The position numbers and the translations under genes are program-made. Below the pieces are notes generated by a model. That model searched no databases. It saw only the letters and a list, made by a program, of their open reading frames with translations, and had not been told where the DNA came from. Of a stretch of DNA of 64,000 nucleotides, positions 10,804 through 20,155 are shown piece by piece (positions within the stretch are counted from its first letter, which is position 1; each line of letters starts with the position of its first letter). The DNA is from a virus, in IMG/VR virus record IMGVR_UViG_3300012642_000011, positions 64,001 to 128,000 of that record; one strand, 5' to 3'.

Positions 10804-10840
10804 ACAGGCCAGAGCATACGTTCTGGCCTGTTTTCTTTGT
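10804..10840 (+). terminator. intrinsic terminator
   Basis: ACAGGCCAGA/TCTGGCCTGT hairpin followed by TTTTCTTTG. Confidence 0.7.
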
Positions 10841-10869
10841 GGACATTCTTTGCAAAATGGCATGCTCTG

Positions 10870-10878
10870 TGATAGAAT
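10870..10878 (+). promoter_or_regulatory. extended -10 promoter-like motif TGATAGAAT
   Basis: TGTGATAGAAT about 55 nt upstream of the RNA ligase-like gene. Confidence 0.4.
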
Positions 10879-10934
10879 TGCCTCTTTAGAGAAGAAGATA
10901 TCATTTAACCTATTTCAAGGGAGTGGATTGCAAA

Positions 10935-12386
10935 ATGGCATCAAATAAAAAATATGCATTGAATGTGAAAACAGGTGAAGTCACATTGTGTACTGCAAGT
11001 GTAGGCTCATGCCCACATCAGAAGGACTCAGAACATTTCAGTAATGAGTCAGAAGCAAGAGCCGCTTATGAGGAAATGAATCAGACTTTGAGCACACCAT
11101 TGAAGAAATCTGATAAGAAAGTTTCACTTGATTCCATCATGGATATTACCCAGATTCAGCCTTTGATCAAGAATAAGTATCTCCGTTCACCGCAGCACCC
11201 CAAGGATGATACTTTGAGGATTCTCTGCTATGCACCCCGAGCACAGATGGAAGGCAAGTGGAACAACATCACTAGGCAGGCTAGAGGATTGATAGTTCAG
11301 TCTTCAAGAGATGACTTTGCTGACGCAGTTGTCGTCCAGAGGCCATGGGAAAAGTTCTATACATTGAGTCAGATGGAGTCGGGTTGGCATTTGGGAGATG
11401 ATGAAGAAGGCACAGAGTCTGTCGATGACGATCAGTTGGGCACTATTGATTTCAATGCTAAGGCTGAAGTCACAGATAAACTTGATGGTTCCATGCTTGT
11501 TCTCTACAGAGACCCTGATGGTCAGCCAGCAGTGGCAACCAAGGGTTCCTTTGACATGCCTAAAGAGTTTAATAAGCATATTCAAGAGAATGAGAACATG
11601 TACAATACGATGAACGATCTTCTTGACAATCATTCTCAGAACACATTTATTTTCGAAGGCGTCAGCCCTACTAATAGGATTGTTTTGAAATACGATAAGC
11701 GAGATATAAGACTTATCGGCATCACCCAGAAGAAGAGTGGATTGTATGTTCCTCTTGATGATTATAATGATGTGTGGAGTGCAGACAAAGGTCTTAACAG
11801 AACGTCTCCAATGAAGGCAAACACTCTCAATGAGGCTCTTGCTTTGCCTCCAAGGCAGAACGCAGAAGGAATCATTGTCAGAATCATCACTGATGACCCT
11901 ACTACACAGAAGCAAATCAAGATCAAACAGGAAGATTATCTTGCTTTGCACAAGGTGAGAACAAACTTCTCCCCCGTTGACATCAGAAATGCTATGCGTG
12001 AAGAGAATCCAAGTCAGTATGAAGTCTTTGAAGCGTTGAAGAAGGGTGATTCATCATGGATGAAGTCAAACCACACTATAACCAATGGTCTTGATCCCAA
12101 GGATGACGCTGAAGAGATTGAGAGGAGGAAGAAGATGCTGAACAAGGCATTCACTGAAGGCTTGTCAGAGCAGTTGAAAGGCTATGAGATCGCTCAACAG
12201 TTCAGTCACATCAAGGAGAAGAAGGACGCAGTAATGCAGATTCAGAAACTTGATGCAAGCAAGGAAGCAAAGTCAACAGCGATGTCTCTTCACGGCTTAT
12301 CCAAAGAGGATCTGAAGCAAGCGGATGGAAAAAGATTCATCACTATAGCGGCTAGAAAGGTCGGACTTGACATCTTGGATGGATAA
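10935..12386 (+). CDS. ATP-dependent RNA ligase-like nucleotidyltransferase (Rnl1-like)
   Basis: covalent nucleotidyltransferase motifs: I KLDGSM (compare T4 Rnl1 KEDGSL), III FIFEGV, IV EGIIVRI, V IKIKQED; no OB domain visible; ATG 10935 with AAGGGAG RBS (a GTG at 10923 is also possible). Confidence 0.5.
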   Translation: MASNKKYALNVKTGEVTLCTASVGSCPHQKDSEHFSNESEARAAYEEMNQTLSTPLKKSDKKVSLDSIMDITQIQPLIKNKYLRSPQHPKDDTLRILCYAPRAQMEGKWNNITRQARGLIVQSSRDDFADAVVVQRPWEKFYTLSQMESGWHLGDDEEGTESVDDDQLGTIDFNAKAEVTDKLDGSMLVLYRDPDGQPAVATKGSFDMPKEFNKHIQENENMYNTMNDLLDNHSQNTFIFEGVSPTNRIVLKYDKRDIRLIGITQKKSGLYVPLDDYNDVWSADKGLNRTSPMKANTLNEALALPPRQNAEGIIVRIITDDPTTQKQIKIKQEDYLALHKVRTNFSPVDIRNAMREENPSQYEVFEALKKGDSSWMKSNHTITNGLDPKDDAEEIERRKKMLNKAFTEGLSEQLKGYEIAQQFSHIKEKKDAVMQIQKLDASKEAKSTAMSLHGLSKEDLKQADGKRFITIAARKVGLDILDG

Positions 12387-12433
12387 GTGGTATACTTTAC
12401 CTCGGTGGGGTCACAGAAGAACCCACAGGCACC

Positions 12434-13048
12434 TTGTATGTGCTTTCAATGAACACAAGGAAGATACCGATGGAGAGCTTAATTGAGTTAAACAAGAGAA
12501 TCACTAAGGACATTGCTGTTATCGTCAATCCCTCATTTCAGGTGATTGAGAAGAAGTCATGGAAGGATGTAGCGACACTGCTAAGCAGAAATGAAGCATA
12601 TGTCATCCTGCCACGTGAAGATAACAGCCTGATTCGTAGTGCTCATCTTGAGTTCTCATGGCCTCTCGTGGTATGCCAGACACGTTATTCTCGCCCAAAT
12701 CACTCAAACAAGAAGAAGAGGGAACTTGATTCTCCTTCTAACAAGAATGAGATCTTGAAGAGGGACGGTAAGGTGTGTAGGTACTGCAATGGTTATGGTG
12801 ACACCCTTGACCACGTTGTGCCTAAGTCCAAGTTGATCAAGCAGGGAAAGAACCCAAACACTTGGGGAAACCTTGTGATCGCTTGCAAGGCTTGCAACTC
12901 TAAGAAGTCTGACAAGACTCCTGAGGAAGTTGGATTCAAGTCTCCTGTCATCACACCAGGATACGTAGAGACATCTCCTTCCAGTGTTGACGGTCTTGAA
13001 GAGTTGATCTACACTGCTATCATGGAGGGCAGTGCAGCCTCAATGTAA
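12434..13048 (+). CDS. HNH family endonuclease
   Basis: C-terminal CRYCNGYGDTLDHVVPKS...NTWGNLVIACKACNSKKSDK, an HNH/HNN zinc-finger nuclease motif. Confidence 0.75.
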   Translation: MYVLSMNTRKIPMESLIELNKRITKDIAVIVNPSFQVIEKKSWKDVATLLSRNEAYVILPREDNSLIRSAHLEFSWPLVVCQTRYSRPNHSNKKKRELDSPSNKNEILKRDGKVCRYCNGYGDTLDHVVPKSKLIKQGKNPNTWGNLVIACKACNSKKSDKTPEEVGFKSPVITPGYVETSPSSVDGLEELIYTAIMEGSAASM

Positions 13049-13058
13049 TCCATGAATC

Positions 13059-13115
13059 ATGTGGCCGTTGCTGATAATCAATCTGATTGTTAGCAACGGC
13101 CACATTTGTTTTCTG
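13059..13115 (+). terminator. intrinsic terminator
   Basis: 14-bp stem ATGTGGCCGTTGCT/AGCAACGGCCACAT followed by TTGTTTTCTG. Confidence 0.7.
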
Positions 13116-13127
13116 TTATTATAAGGT

Positions 13128-14723
13128 ATGAAGAAGAATTTTATTAGACACTTGACACCAGAAGAGAAAGAGACCTTCTATGGGGCTATCGTCCTTGCAC
13201 AGTCAGAGATGCCTCACCTGATTGATATATTCCTTTCCATGCGTCCTTTCTATGACTCTACTGCTAAAACAGCCTATGTGGATGCTGACATCAGAGTGGG
13301 ATTGAGCGATTGGTTTTTCACTAAAACCACGCCAGCAGAAAGAGCGTTTGTTGTCACACATGAAGCATTGCATGTGCTTAATGCCCATGTGATTAGAACC
13401 CAAGAGTACGAATTGGATGATGCTCAAATTAGTGCAGACCTTGAAATCAACACCACATTGTTGGATTCCATGAAACTTACTGTGATAAAGGCACCTCAAG
13501 GAATCTTAACGCCCAAAAGATATGGACTTGCTCCCCGAAAGTCTATGGAATATTATTTAAAGAAATTAAATGCGAAGAAGAAAAGAAATCCTGACGACAT
13601 TGAGATCACAGATGAACCTCATGACTATGATGAACAAGAACAGGATGAAGATCAGGAGATAGAAGAGGAAGAAAATGCAACTGTCAATGAGGGCGAGTCT
13701 GACTCAGAAGATTACTATGAGACAGAGAACAAAATAGAGGAAGATGGTGATGAGGGAAGTTCCTCTGAGGACAGTTCTAGTGATGGTGATGAAAGCCAAG
13801 AGGGAGATGGTAACCAAGAAGGAGAAGGGGCCGGAGAGGGCGCTGAGAGCGATTCTGAGAGCAGTGGAGACGGTGAAGGATCAGAGTCAGGGTCAAGTGG
13901 TTCTAACGCTTCAGAAGGCTATGCAGAGTCTTCTGAAGCAGGATATGAATGCGACCAACTGAATGATGAAAGAAAGCATCATGCTGATGAAGCAGGTATT
14001 GAAAAGGCAGGATCAGTAGAGCAGATTAATGCAATTTCATCTGCAATACAAAGGATTGAAGAGGAAATCAAATCTTCTTCTGGATATAGCGAGAATGTCA
14101 GTGATGCTTTGGCGGCAATGGTGGCTAATATCACAGCGCCGAAGATGGATTGGACAAAAGAGTTTGCTCGTCTGATCAGTCAGGCTTACACAGAAGCAAA
14201 ATCAGGTCATGAGCACCTTTCTTACAAGAGAGTGAACAGAAGGTCACAGGGTGATTTCATCATGCCAGGTAGAATCTCCTATGAGCCTACTTTGATGTTT
14301 GCAACTGATATCTCTGGTTCCATGGGGACAGAGAAAATTGAGGCCGCTGTATCTGAGGCAGAAGGAATTGTTGCAAAGGCTTTCAAGACAAGAAGGAACA
14401 TGAGTTTTTTCGCGGTATCAACTTCTGTTTCTCAGATCAGAAAAGTAAGGTCGTTTAAAGAACTTGACTTGAGTATCGGTGGTGGCACCACGATGTCTGT
14501 AGGGTATAGGTATGTGACAGAACTGCCTCGTAAAGATCAGCCTGATGTTTTCGTACTTGCCACAGATGCCGAACTCGGGGGAGATGATTGGCAGAAGATC
14601 GCTGACATAGTAAGCGCTAACCCTCAAATCGTTTATGTAATGCTTGTCATATCTGAAAAAGACAACCTTGTTCCCGAAGGAATTAAAGGATTGATAAAAA
14701 TTTTGCAACTCTCTGAGTTTTAG
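13128..14723 (+). CDS. DUF2201-like protein: N-terminal HExxH putative metallopeptidase, acidic linker, C-terminal vWA domain
   Basis: VVTHEALHVLNAHV (HExxH); about 150-aa D/E/S/G-rich linker; vWA MIDAS FATDISGSMGTEKIEAA; domain pairing characteristic of partners of MoxR-type ATPases. Confidence 0.55.
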   Translation: MKKNFIRHLTPEEKETFYGAIVLAQSEMPHLIDIFLSMRPFYDSTAKTAYVDADIRVGLSDWFFTKTTPAERAFVVTHEALHVLNAHVIRTQEYELDDAQISADLEINTTLLDSMKLTVIKAPQGILTPKRYGLAPRKSMEYYLKKLNAKKKRNPDDIEITDEPHDYDEQEQDEDQEIEEEENATVNEGESDSEDYYETENKIEEDGDEGSSSEDSSSDGDESQEGDGNQEGEGAGEGAESDSESSGDGEGSESGSSGSNASEGYAESSEAGYECDQLNDERKHHADEAGIEKAGSVEQINAISSAIQRIEEEIKSSSGYSENVSDALAAMVANITAPKMDWTKEFARLISQAYTEAKSGHEHLSYKRVNRRSQGDFIMPGRISYEPTLMFATDISGSMGTEKIEAAVSEAEGIVAKAFKTRRNMSFFAVSTSVSQIRKVRSFKELDLSIGGGTTMSVGYRYVTELPRKDQPDVFVLATDAELGGDDWQKIADIVSANPQIVYVMLVISEKDNLVPEGIKGLIKILQLSEF

Positions 14724-14820
14724 AAACAGCCTTTAGTTAAAATAGACTTGTGTCGGCAGAGTCCGAAGAGATAAGAAATACTTTAACGTATAGATGCCAG
14801 AAATAAAAGGAGAATGTCAA

Positions 14821-15957
14821 ATGGTAGCAAAAAGTGAAATTGAAAAGAATATTCAGGATTATGTACAATCGTTTAGCAACGATAAGAGCGTTTTCAAAAG
14901 TTCTGGCATCATGCTTATGAGCGATAAGCCTAAGAATGTTCCCACTATAAGCACAGGATCAATGGTTCTGGACAATGCTTTGGGCGGTGGAATCCCTGTA
15001 GGCAGAGTTATTGAGATCTTTGGGCCAGAATCCTCAGGTAAGACGACGTTCGCTTTGACATCCATTGCTGAAGTCCATAAGAATGGTGGTTATGCGGGTT
15101 TCATTGACATGGAATATGCCCTTGATCCCAGTTATGCTGCGAAATTGGGCGTAGATATGGATAAATTGGTTTATGCACAGCCTTCTTATGCTGAAAAGGC
15201 AATTGATCTCATGTGTCAACTTGCTGAAGACGGCATGCTTAAACTTGTTGTCTTGGACTCTATTGCTGCTATGGTTCCACTTGCTGAACTTGAAGGCGGT
15301 GCAGAAGATATCACTGTTGGGCTTCTTGCTCGTAAACTCTCTGCGGGATTGAGAAAGTTGATTGGTCTCGCCAGTCAGACAGGAACAACTTTTATTTTGA
15401 TCAACCAGACTCGTGATCAGATTGGTGGATTCTCTCCTTATGGTACACCACAGACGACTCCCGGTGGTAAGGCAACGAAGTTCTATGCTTCACAGAGAAT
15501 TGAAATTAAGAGGTCGAAGATTGAAGAGCGTTCAGGAAACAATGAATCTGCAGCATCTGCATCAAAGTTGACGTTCGAGGTCAAGAAGAACAAGATTGCA
15601 CCTCCCGGTGCCAAGGGTTCTACAGTTATCAGGTTCGGGTCAGGACTGGATAGAGTAGCAGAACTTCTTACAGTTGGGGATAAGTTCGGAGTTATTCAGA
15701 GACCGAACAATAGGACTTATATTGACGCTGAGACAGGTGAAATCATCGGTAAGTCAAGGGCAGAGGCTGAGACATTCCTCTCAGAAAACCCCGATGTCAT
15801 TGATAGGATGATGAGAACTGCTCGTGAAAACATGAAGGAAGGTGGTTTTGATTCTCAGAACCTTGAAGTTGATTTGAATGATGATATCGATGAGGATCTT
15901 GCTGCCGTTGAGGAAACGGAAACTGTTTCCATCAAGGCTCCTGAGTCAAAGAAGTGA
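14821..15957 (+). CDS. recA: RecA recombinase (bacterial type)
   Basis: near-identity to bacterial RecA core: GRVIEIFGPESSGKTTFAL (Walker A), KLVVLDSIAAMVP, INQTRDQIGGFSPYGTPQTTPGGKATKFYASQRIEIKR; start chosen at ATG 14821 with AAAGGAGAA RBS. Confidence 0.95.
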   Translation: MVAKSEIEKNIQDYVQSFSNDKSVFKSSGIMLMSDKPKNVPTISTGSMVLDNALGGGIPVGRVIEIFGPESSGKTTFALTSIAEVHKNGGYAGFIDMEYALDPSYAAKLGVDMDKLVYAQPSYAEKAIDLMCQLAEDGMLKLVVLDSIAAMVPLAELEGGAEDITVGLLARKLSAGLRKLIGLASQTGTTFILINQTRDQIGGFSPYGTPQTTPGGKATKFYASQRIEIKRSKIEERSGNNESAASASKLTFEVKKNKIAPPGAKGSTVIRFGSGLDRVAELLTVGDKFGVIQRPNNRTYIDAETGEIIGKSRAEAETFLSENPDVIDRMMRTARENMKEGGFDSQNLEVDLNDDIDEDLAAVEETETVSIKAPESKK

Positions 15958-15980
15958 TGATCTTCTAACATCCAATTGAT

Positions 15981-16020
15981 AACTCTCCCAGATATAACTC
16001 TGGGAGAGTTATTTATTTTA
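15981..16020 (+). terminator. intrinsic terminator after recA
   Basis: AACTCTCCCAGA/TCTGGGAGAGTT hairpin followed by ATTTATTTTA. Confidence 0.7.
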
Positions 16021-16029
16021 AGGAAGACA

Positions 16030-17367
16030 ATGGTATCATTAAAAGAAACAGACTTTGTAGCCTATCACACTATGGAAGCGGCCATGCGCGCCCGAATCAT
16101 GCCTATGCTTGTGGGCGATCCTGCAACATCAAAGACGGCTATGGTTAAAGCACTGGCAGAACGTTTAGGGTATTTTTTGATCATTATTGTGCCGTCAAGA
16201 ATGGAGCCACAGGATATCTCTGGTTTCCCTACGAAAGAAGACGTTATCAATGAGAGTGGCGAAAAAATAGGAATCATGACTGCATATGCTCCACAATATT
16301 GGCAGTGGATAGTGATGGAGAAAAAGAGAGTCATGGTTTTCGTTGATGAATTCTCCAACACACCGCCATCAGTGCGTGCATCATTGCTTTCCTTCTTCCA
16401 AGACAGGCAATTTCCCAATGGTGATTATCTTCCTGAGGAGACGATTTTAGTAGGGGCAATGAACCCAACGTCTTCAGCAGCAGATGGTTATGAGATGGAT
16501 AAGGCAACAGTGAACAGAATGATGTTCATTGCGTGGAAGCCAACAGTGGAATCATGGTTATCGGGAATGATTGATAATTGGGGAAAGGGTGATCAACTTT
16601 CTGATGAAGAGAAAAGATGGAGGCAGATTGTTCACGACTTCATTAAGGAGAATCCTGGATGGCTACACAATATGGATGGGACTATAGATGATGGTAAATC
16701 GGTAAGTGGTTCAACATTAAATGATAGGATGAAAGGTAACTCACGTCAAGTGTCCAATTCCAGTATTGACGGCATGGCTGCAATGATGGGGATGGGGGAT
16801 ATAAATGACGATGTATCTATGACTGTGATGCAGTATGCATGGCCGTCAAGAAGAAGTTGGGATAATCTGATTAAAGTGCTTTCCTCTATGCAGACAACAG
16901 ACCCCATGATTGAGGATAATGCTGCTGTGGGGCTTATTGGAATCAAGGCTGCTAGTGTCTTTAGGGGATGGCTGAAAAGAAATAATCTTGAGTCAAGGAT
17001 CAACGTCTCCGAAATATTTGCAGATCCCCAATCCTTTGATGGTTGGGGAACATTGTCACATAGTGAGGTCAATGATGTTCTTCGCTATGCTGAACAGAAT
17101 TCAGTTGATCCAAAGTCAATCAATAATTTTGCCAAAGTATTGACATTCTTGGCAAGAGCAGACAGGTCATCAGAGGCTGCACCTTACGTGATGAAACTCA
17201 TGGATAGTCAGAAGCGGGCTATTTCTAGTATCAGAGAAGATGAGATTAGAGAAAAGATGAAAGAGTTCTTCAACAACCAGATGATGAGCATCACAAGATT
17301 GTATCAGGGTGTTCATGGTGCTTCATATAAGGCGCGTGAGAGCGCTAACAAGAGCATCAAGGATTAA
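16030..17367 (+). CDS. MoxR-like AAA+ ATPase (AAA_5 type)
   Basis: Walker A variant LVGDPATSKTAMVKALAE (MoxR GxPGxAKT-like); Walker B VMVFVDEFSN; start at ATG 16030 with AAGGAAG RBS just after the terminator. Confidence 0.55.
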   Translation: MVSLKETDFVAYHTMEAAMRARIMPMLVGDPATSKTAMVKALAERLGYFLIIIVPSRMEPQDISGFPTKEDVINESGEKIGIMTAYAPQYWQWIVMEKKRVMVFVDEFSNTPPSVRASLLSFFQDRQFPNGDYLPEETILVGAMNPTSSAADGYEMDKATVNRMMFIAWKPTVESWLSGMIDNWGKGDQLSDEEKRWRQIVHDFIKENPGWLHNMDGTIDDGKSVSGSTLNDRMKGNSRQVSNSSIDGMAAMMGMGDINDDVSMTVMQYAWPSRRSWDNLIKVLSSMQTTDPMIEDNAAVGLIGIKAASVFRGWLKRNNLESRINVSEIFADPQSFDGWGTLSHSEVNDVLRYAEQNSVDPKSINNFAKVLTFLARADRSSEAAPYVMKLMDSQKRAISSIREDEIREKMKEFFNNQMMSITRLYQGVHGASYKARESANKSIKD

Positions 17368-17395
17368 AAGACAGTAACTGATCAGACGGCGATTT

Positions 17396-17404
17396 TGATA
17401 GAAT
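17396..17404 (+). promoter_or_regulatory. extended -10 promoter-like motif TGATAGAAT
   Basis: TTTTGATAGAAT about 40 nt upstream of dnaB. Confidence 0.4.
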
Positions 17405-17441
17405 CTCAATCGGAAGAATTTTTATAGGGGTGGTTTTGGAG

Positions 17442-18905
17442 ATGACTGACAAATCTAAAGAGTTGTATGATTTGGCGCAGAGACAGTTGGTTGCGTCTTT
17501 ACTCTATGATAGCAGTGAATCTAAAAGAGCTCTTGAGATTGTCAGTTATGAAGACTTCGAAGATCCAGTCATGGAGAGTATTTTCTATGCTATTTTCCAG
17601 TTGTCCAGAACAGACAGTGACATCAACCAGTATACTGTTAGCCAAGAACTTGCAAGATCCAACAATCTTGAAACCATTGGTGGTATTTCAGCAATTTACT
17701 CATTGACTAGCGAGGGCGAAGAGTACGCTACAAAGTCAACAATAGAAAGACTTTCTTCTGTCGTCAGTGAGTTCGCCACAAAGAATAGAATCAAAAAGGT
17801 ACTTGAGGAAAACAAAGATTTCCTTTCGCTTGATTCAGGAGTGACAGCATCTGAGACCATCTCTGGTATGATGAGCAGTTTCAACACGGAATTGATCAGT
17901 CTTTCTGATAATGCTACAACAACCGACTTGTCTGAGTATCTTGAGAATTACAATGAAATACTTGAGGATAGGAAGATCAAGGCAGAGGAGAACAAGGAAC
18001 TTGCCAATGGGTTGCAAGGAATCCCCTCGTGGTTAGACACTTTAGACAAGTACACGCGAGGCTGGCAAGATAGCCAGTTGATTACAGTGGGTGCTCGTAC
18101 TGGTGTTGGTAAGTCCGTTTTTGCTGTCATGTCTGCCGTGAGCGCTGCATCGGCAGGAAAATCTGTTCTCTTCTTCTCATTGGAGATGGGACATGCGTCC
18201 ATTGTTGACAGGATTGTTTCTTGCCTTTCAAACGTTTCCTTGAACAATTTGAAGAGTGGAAATATTGATGAGGAAGATCAAGAGAACTTGGACGTTGCTC
18301 TTGAGCGATTTAAAGACATGAAGATTAAAATTGATACGGATGAGAAGTTGACTACTGATTCCATTCGTGCGCGTTGTGATCGTCAAGCACAGTCTGAGGC
18401 AGGATTAGACATGGTGATCATTGATTATCTTCAGTTGATCACACCTAAAGGCAAACATGGAAGCCGTCAGGAACAGGTTGCTGAAATCTCTAGAGATATG
18501 AAGTTGATTGCAAAGAGTCTTGGCGTTCCTGTGATGGTGCTCGCTCAGTTGAAGAGATCAAGCGGCAACGAAAGTGAAGAAGAGGATAAACTGCCAAAGA
18601 TTGATGACATTCGTGAGTCTGGATCTTTGGGACAGGATTCTGATATCGTTATTCTTCTCCATAGAGAGCCTTCAAAGGATGGGTCAACACCAAAGACAAC
18701 AGTCATCCTTGCAAAGAACAGAGATGGTGAATCGCAGAAATTCATCCATTGTCATTCCAATCTCCAATATTCTCGATTTGATGAGATTAAAACAGAGGAT
18801 TCGATTGATAACATTGATGAAGAGATTGAAGAAAGTGCAGGAGATGAGGGCAGTGATTTTGAAGATTTCGATTTCGATGATGACGATGTGAGTGATTTCC
18901 TATGA
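17442..18905 (+). CDS. dnaB: DnaB-family replicative DNA helicase
   Basis: Walker A GARTGVGKSVFA; VIIDYLQLI; LAQLKRS; SGSLGQDSDIVILLHRE; acidic DxF-rich C-terminal tail; start could also be GTG 17430. Confidence 0.9.
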   Translation: MTDKSKELYDLAQRQLVASLLYDSSESKRALEIVSYEDFEDPVMESIFYAIFQLSRTDSDINQYTVSQELARSNNLETIGGISAIYSLTSEGEEYATKSTIERLSSVVSEFATKNRIKKVLEENKDFLSLDSGVTASETISGMMSSFNTELISLSDNATTTDLSEYLENYNEILEDRKIKAEENKELANGLQGIPSWLDTLDKYTRGWQDSQLITVGARTGVGKSVFAVMSAVSAASAGKSVLFFSLEMGHASIVDRIVSCLSNVSLNNLKSGNIDEEDQENLDVALERFKDMKIKIDTDEKLTTDSIRARCDRQAQSEAGLDMVIIDYLQLITPKGKHGSRQEQVAEISRDMKLIAKSLGVPVMVLAQLKRSSGNESEEEDKLPKIDDIRESGSLGQDSDIVILLHREPSKDGSTPKTTVILAKNRDGESQKFIHCHSNLQYSRFDEIKTEDSIDNIDEEIEESAGDEGSDFEDFDFDDDDVSDFL

Positions 18906-19369
18906 CACAGACAGATTTTAATGGATTACTAGATGTTATGCGTCTGGATGAAGATGATAAGATTGCTTCTGCTCTCAAGAAGTCTGAAACAGAAGACAAG
19001 GTGAATGCTTTCTTATCTTTATTTCTTACTTATATCCAGAACGAAGAACCGGCTAAGAAGTATAGGAAACTCTTCAGTAAAAAGTCTCAATCTGAGATTG
19101 CTCGATTCATGGCAGATGTAAAGAACACGTATAGGATTATGGTGCTTAATGGGGATTGGAGTGAGAGGAAGTTAGTGGAGATGATTGATCTTGCTGTTGA
19201 TCACAGGAGAGACATCAATCAGTATACACTATCATCTTTAGATCAAATGAGGAGTAGGAATAAAAAGCCAACTCAGCGAACAAGAAATGTTAAGAAAAGA
19301 TCAACTTCAGGAGTGTCTCCTGAATCACATTCTGCATCCCCGCGCAATAGAAGGAGGAAGGCGTCATGA
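18902..19369 (+). CDS. hypothetical protein with basic C-terminus
   Basis: 155-aa ORF overlapping the dnaB stop (ATGA); Arg/Lys-rich tail. Confidence 0.4.
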   Translation: MTQTDFNGLLDVMRLDEDDKIASALKKSETEDKVNAFLSLFLTYIQNEEPAKKYRKLFSKKSQSEIARFMADVKNTYRIMVLNGDWSERKLVEMIDLAVDHRRDINQYTLSSLDQMRSRNKKPTQRTRNVKKRSTSGVSPESHSASPRNRRRKAS

Positions 19370-20082
19370 CAAAGGATCTCTCAGAAATCAGAGTATCTGA
19401 AAGAAGGATGGCAGTAAACCACAATGAGACTGATTATGAGTCTTTCAAAGAGGTCAAAGAGTCTATCAGGCGCGGTGTTGGCAAGGTCAACAGGGACATT
19501 GAGAAACAGAGACGAAAAGAGTCTTTGATGGAGTGGGTGCGAAGCGTGCCACAAAGATGGTCAAAAGTAACAGTCAATAATCTACCTGAAGAGAATGCGC
19601 AAAGGATCAAAGATCTCATAGATGAAAAAGGCGTGTCATCTGTCTACATCTGTCATGGGTCAACAACAGAGATGATGGATATATGTTATGCTCTCGGGAG
19701 AAGATTTGTCAGTGGTGGCAGAGCGAGGTTTGAGAACTTTGCTTTTGTTAACGAAGAGTCTCTTTCTGCCCTGTCCAAATCAGGTTTTGAGGGTAAGAAA
19801 GAAGTTGATAAACTTTTCGCAAAGAATAAAAGAGTCTACGTCCTTACAGGCGTGATTAGAGATCATTACGATCCAAGAGAACTTTCTTTTATGAAGAGAT
19901 TGATTGAACATATCTATAGTAATGAATTATTCCTGATTGTTTCATCTTCTATTGATTTCCATGAGTTCTGTGGAAACATTGAAGGGGCAGAGGATATTCT
20001 TCAGGAGATTTTCAAGGATTCAGTAATCGTGTTGGAAGACAAGAAGGACTCTGATTTGTTAGACATGTTCAGCAAAGACTAA
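19366..20082 (+). CDS. hypothetical protein (possibly a degenerate helicase-loader-like fold)
   Basis: strong GGAGGAAGG RBS; position downstream of dnaB; VYICHGSTTEMMDICYALG sits where a loader Walker A would be, but is degenerate; speculative. Confidence 0.4.
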   Translation: MTKDLSEIRVSERRMAVNHNETDYESFKEVKESIRRGVGKVNRDIEKQRRKESLMEWVRSVPQRWSKVTVNNLPEENAQRIKDLIDEKGVSSVYICHGSTTEMMDICYALGRRFVSGGRARFENFAFVNEESLSALSKSGFEGKKEVDKLFAKNKRVYVLTGVIRDHYDPRELSFMKRLIEHIYSNELFLIVSSSIDFHEFCGNIEGAEDILQEIFKDSVIVLEDKKDSDLLDMFSKD

Positions 20083-20155
20083 TGATTCAACTTGTGTTCT
20101 TCTGATCTCTTTGCTATCATAGGTACAAACCAGACCGTAGAGTTAGGAAGAAATA

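Noticed and set aside
11304-11951. Long antisense ORFs inside genes (for example 11304..11951, 56309..56851, 52802..53419, 33436..34013)
   Set aside because: They lie opposite well-supported genes with clear motifs, lack RBSs and have skewed composition. Shadow ORFs.
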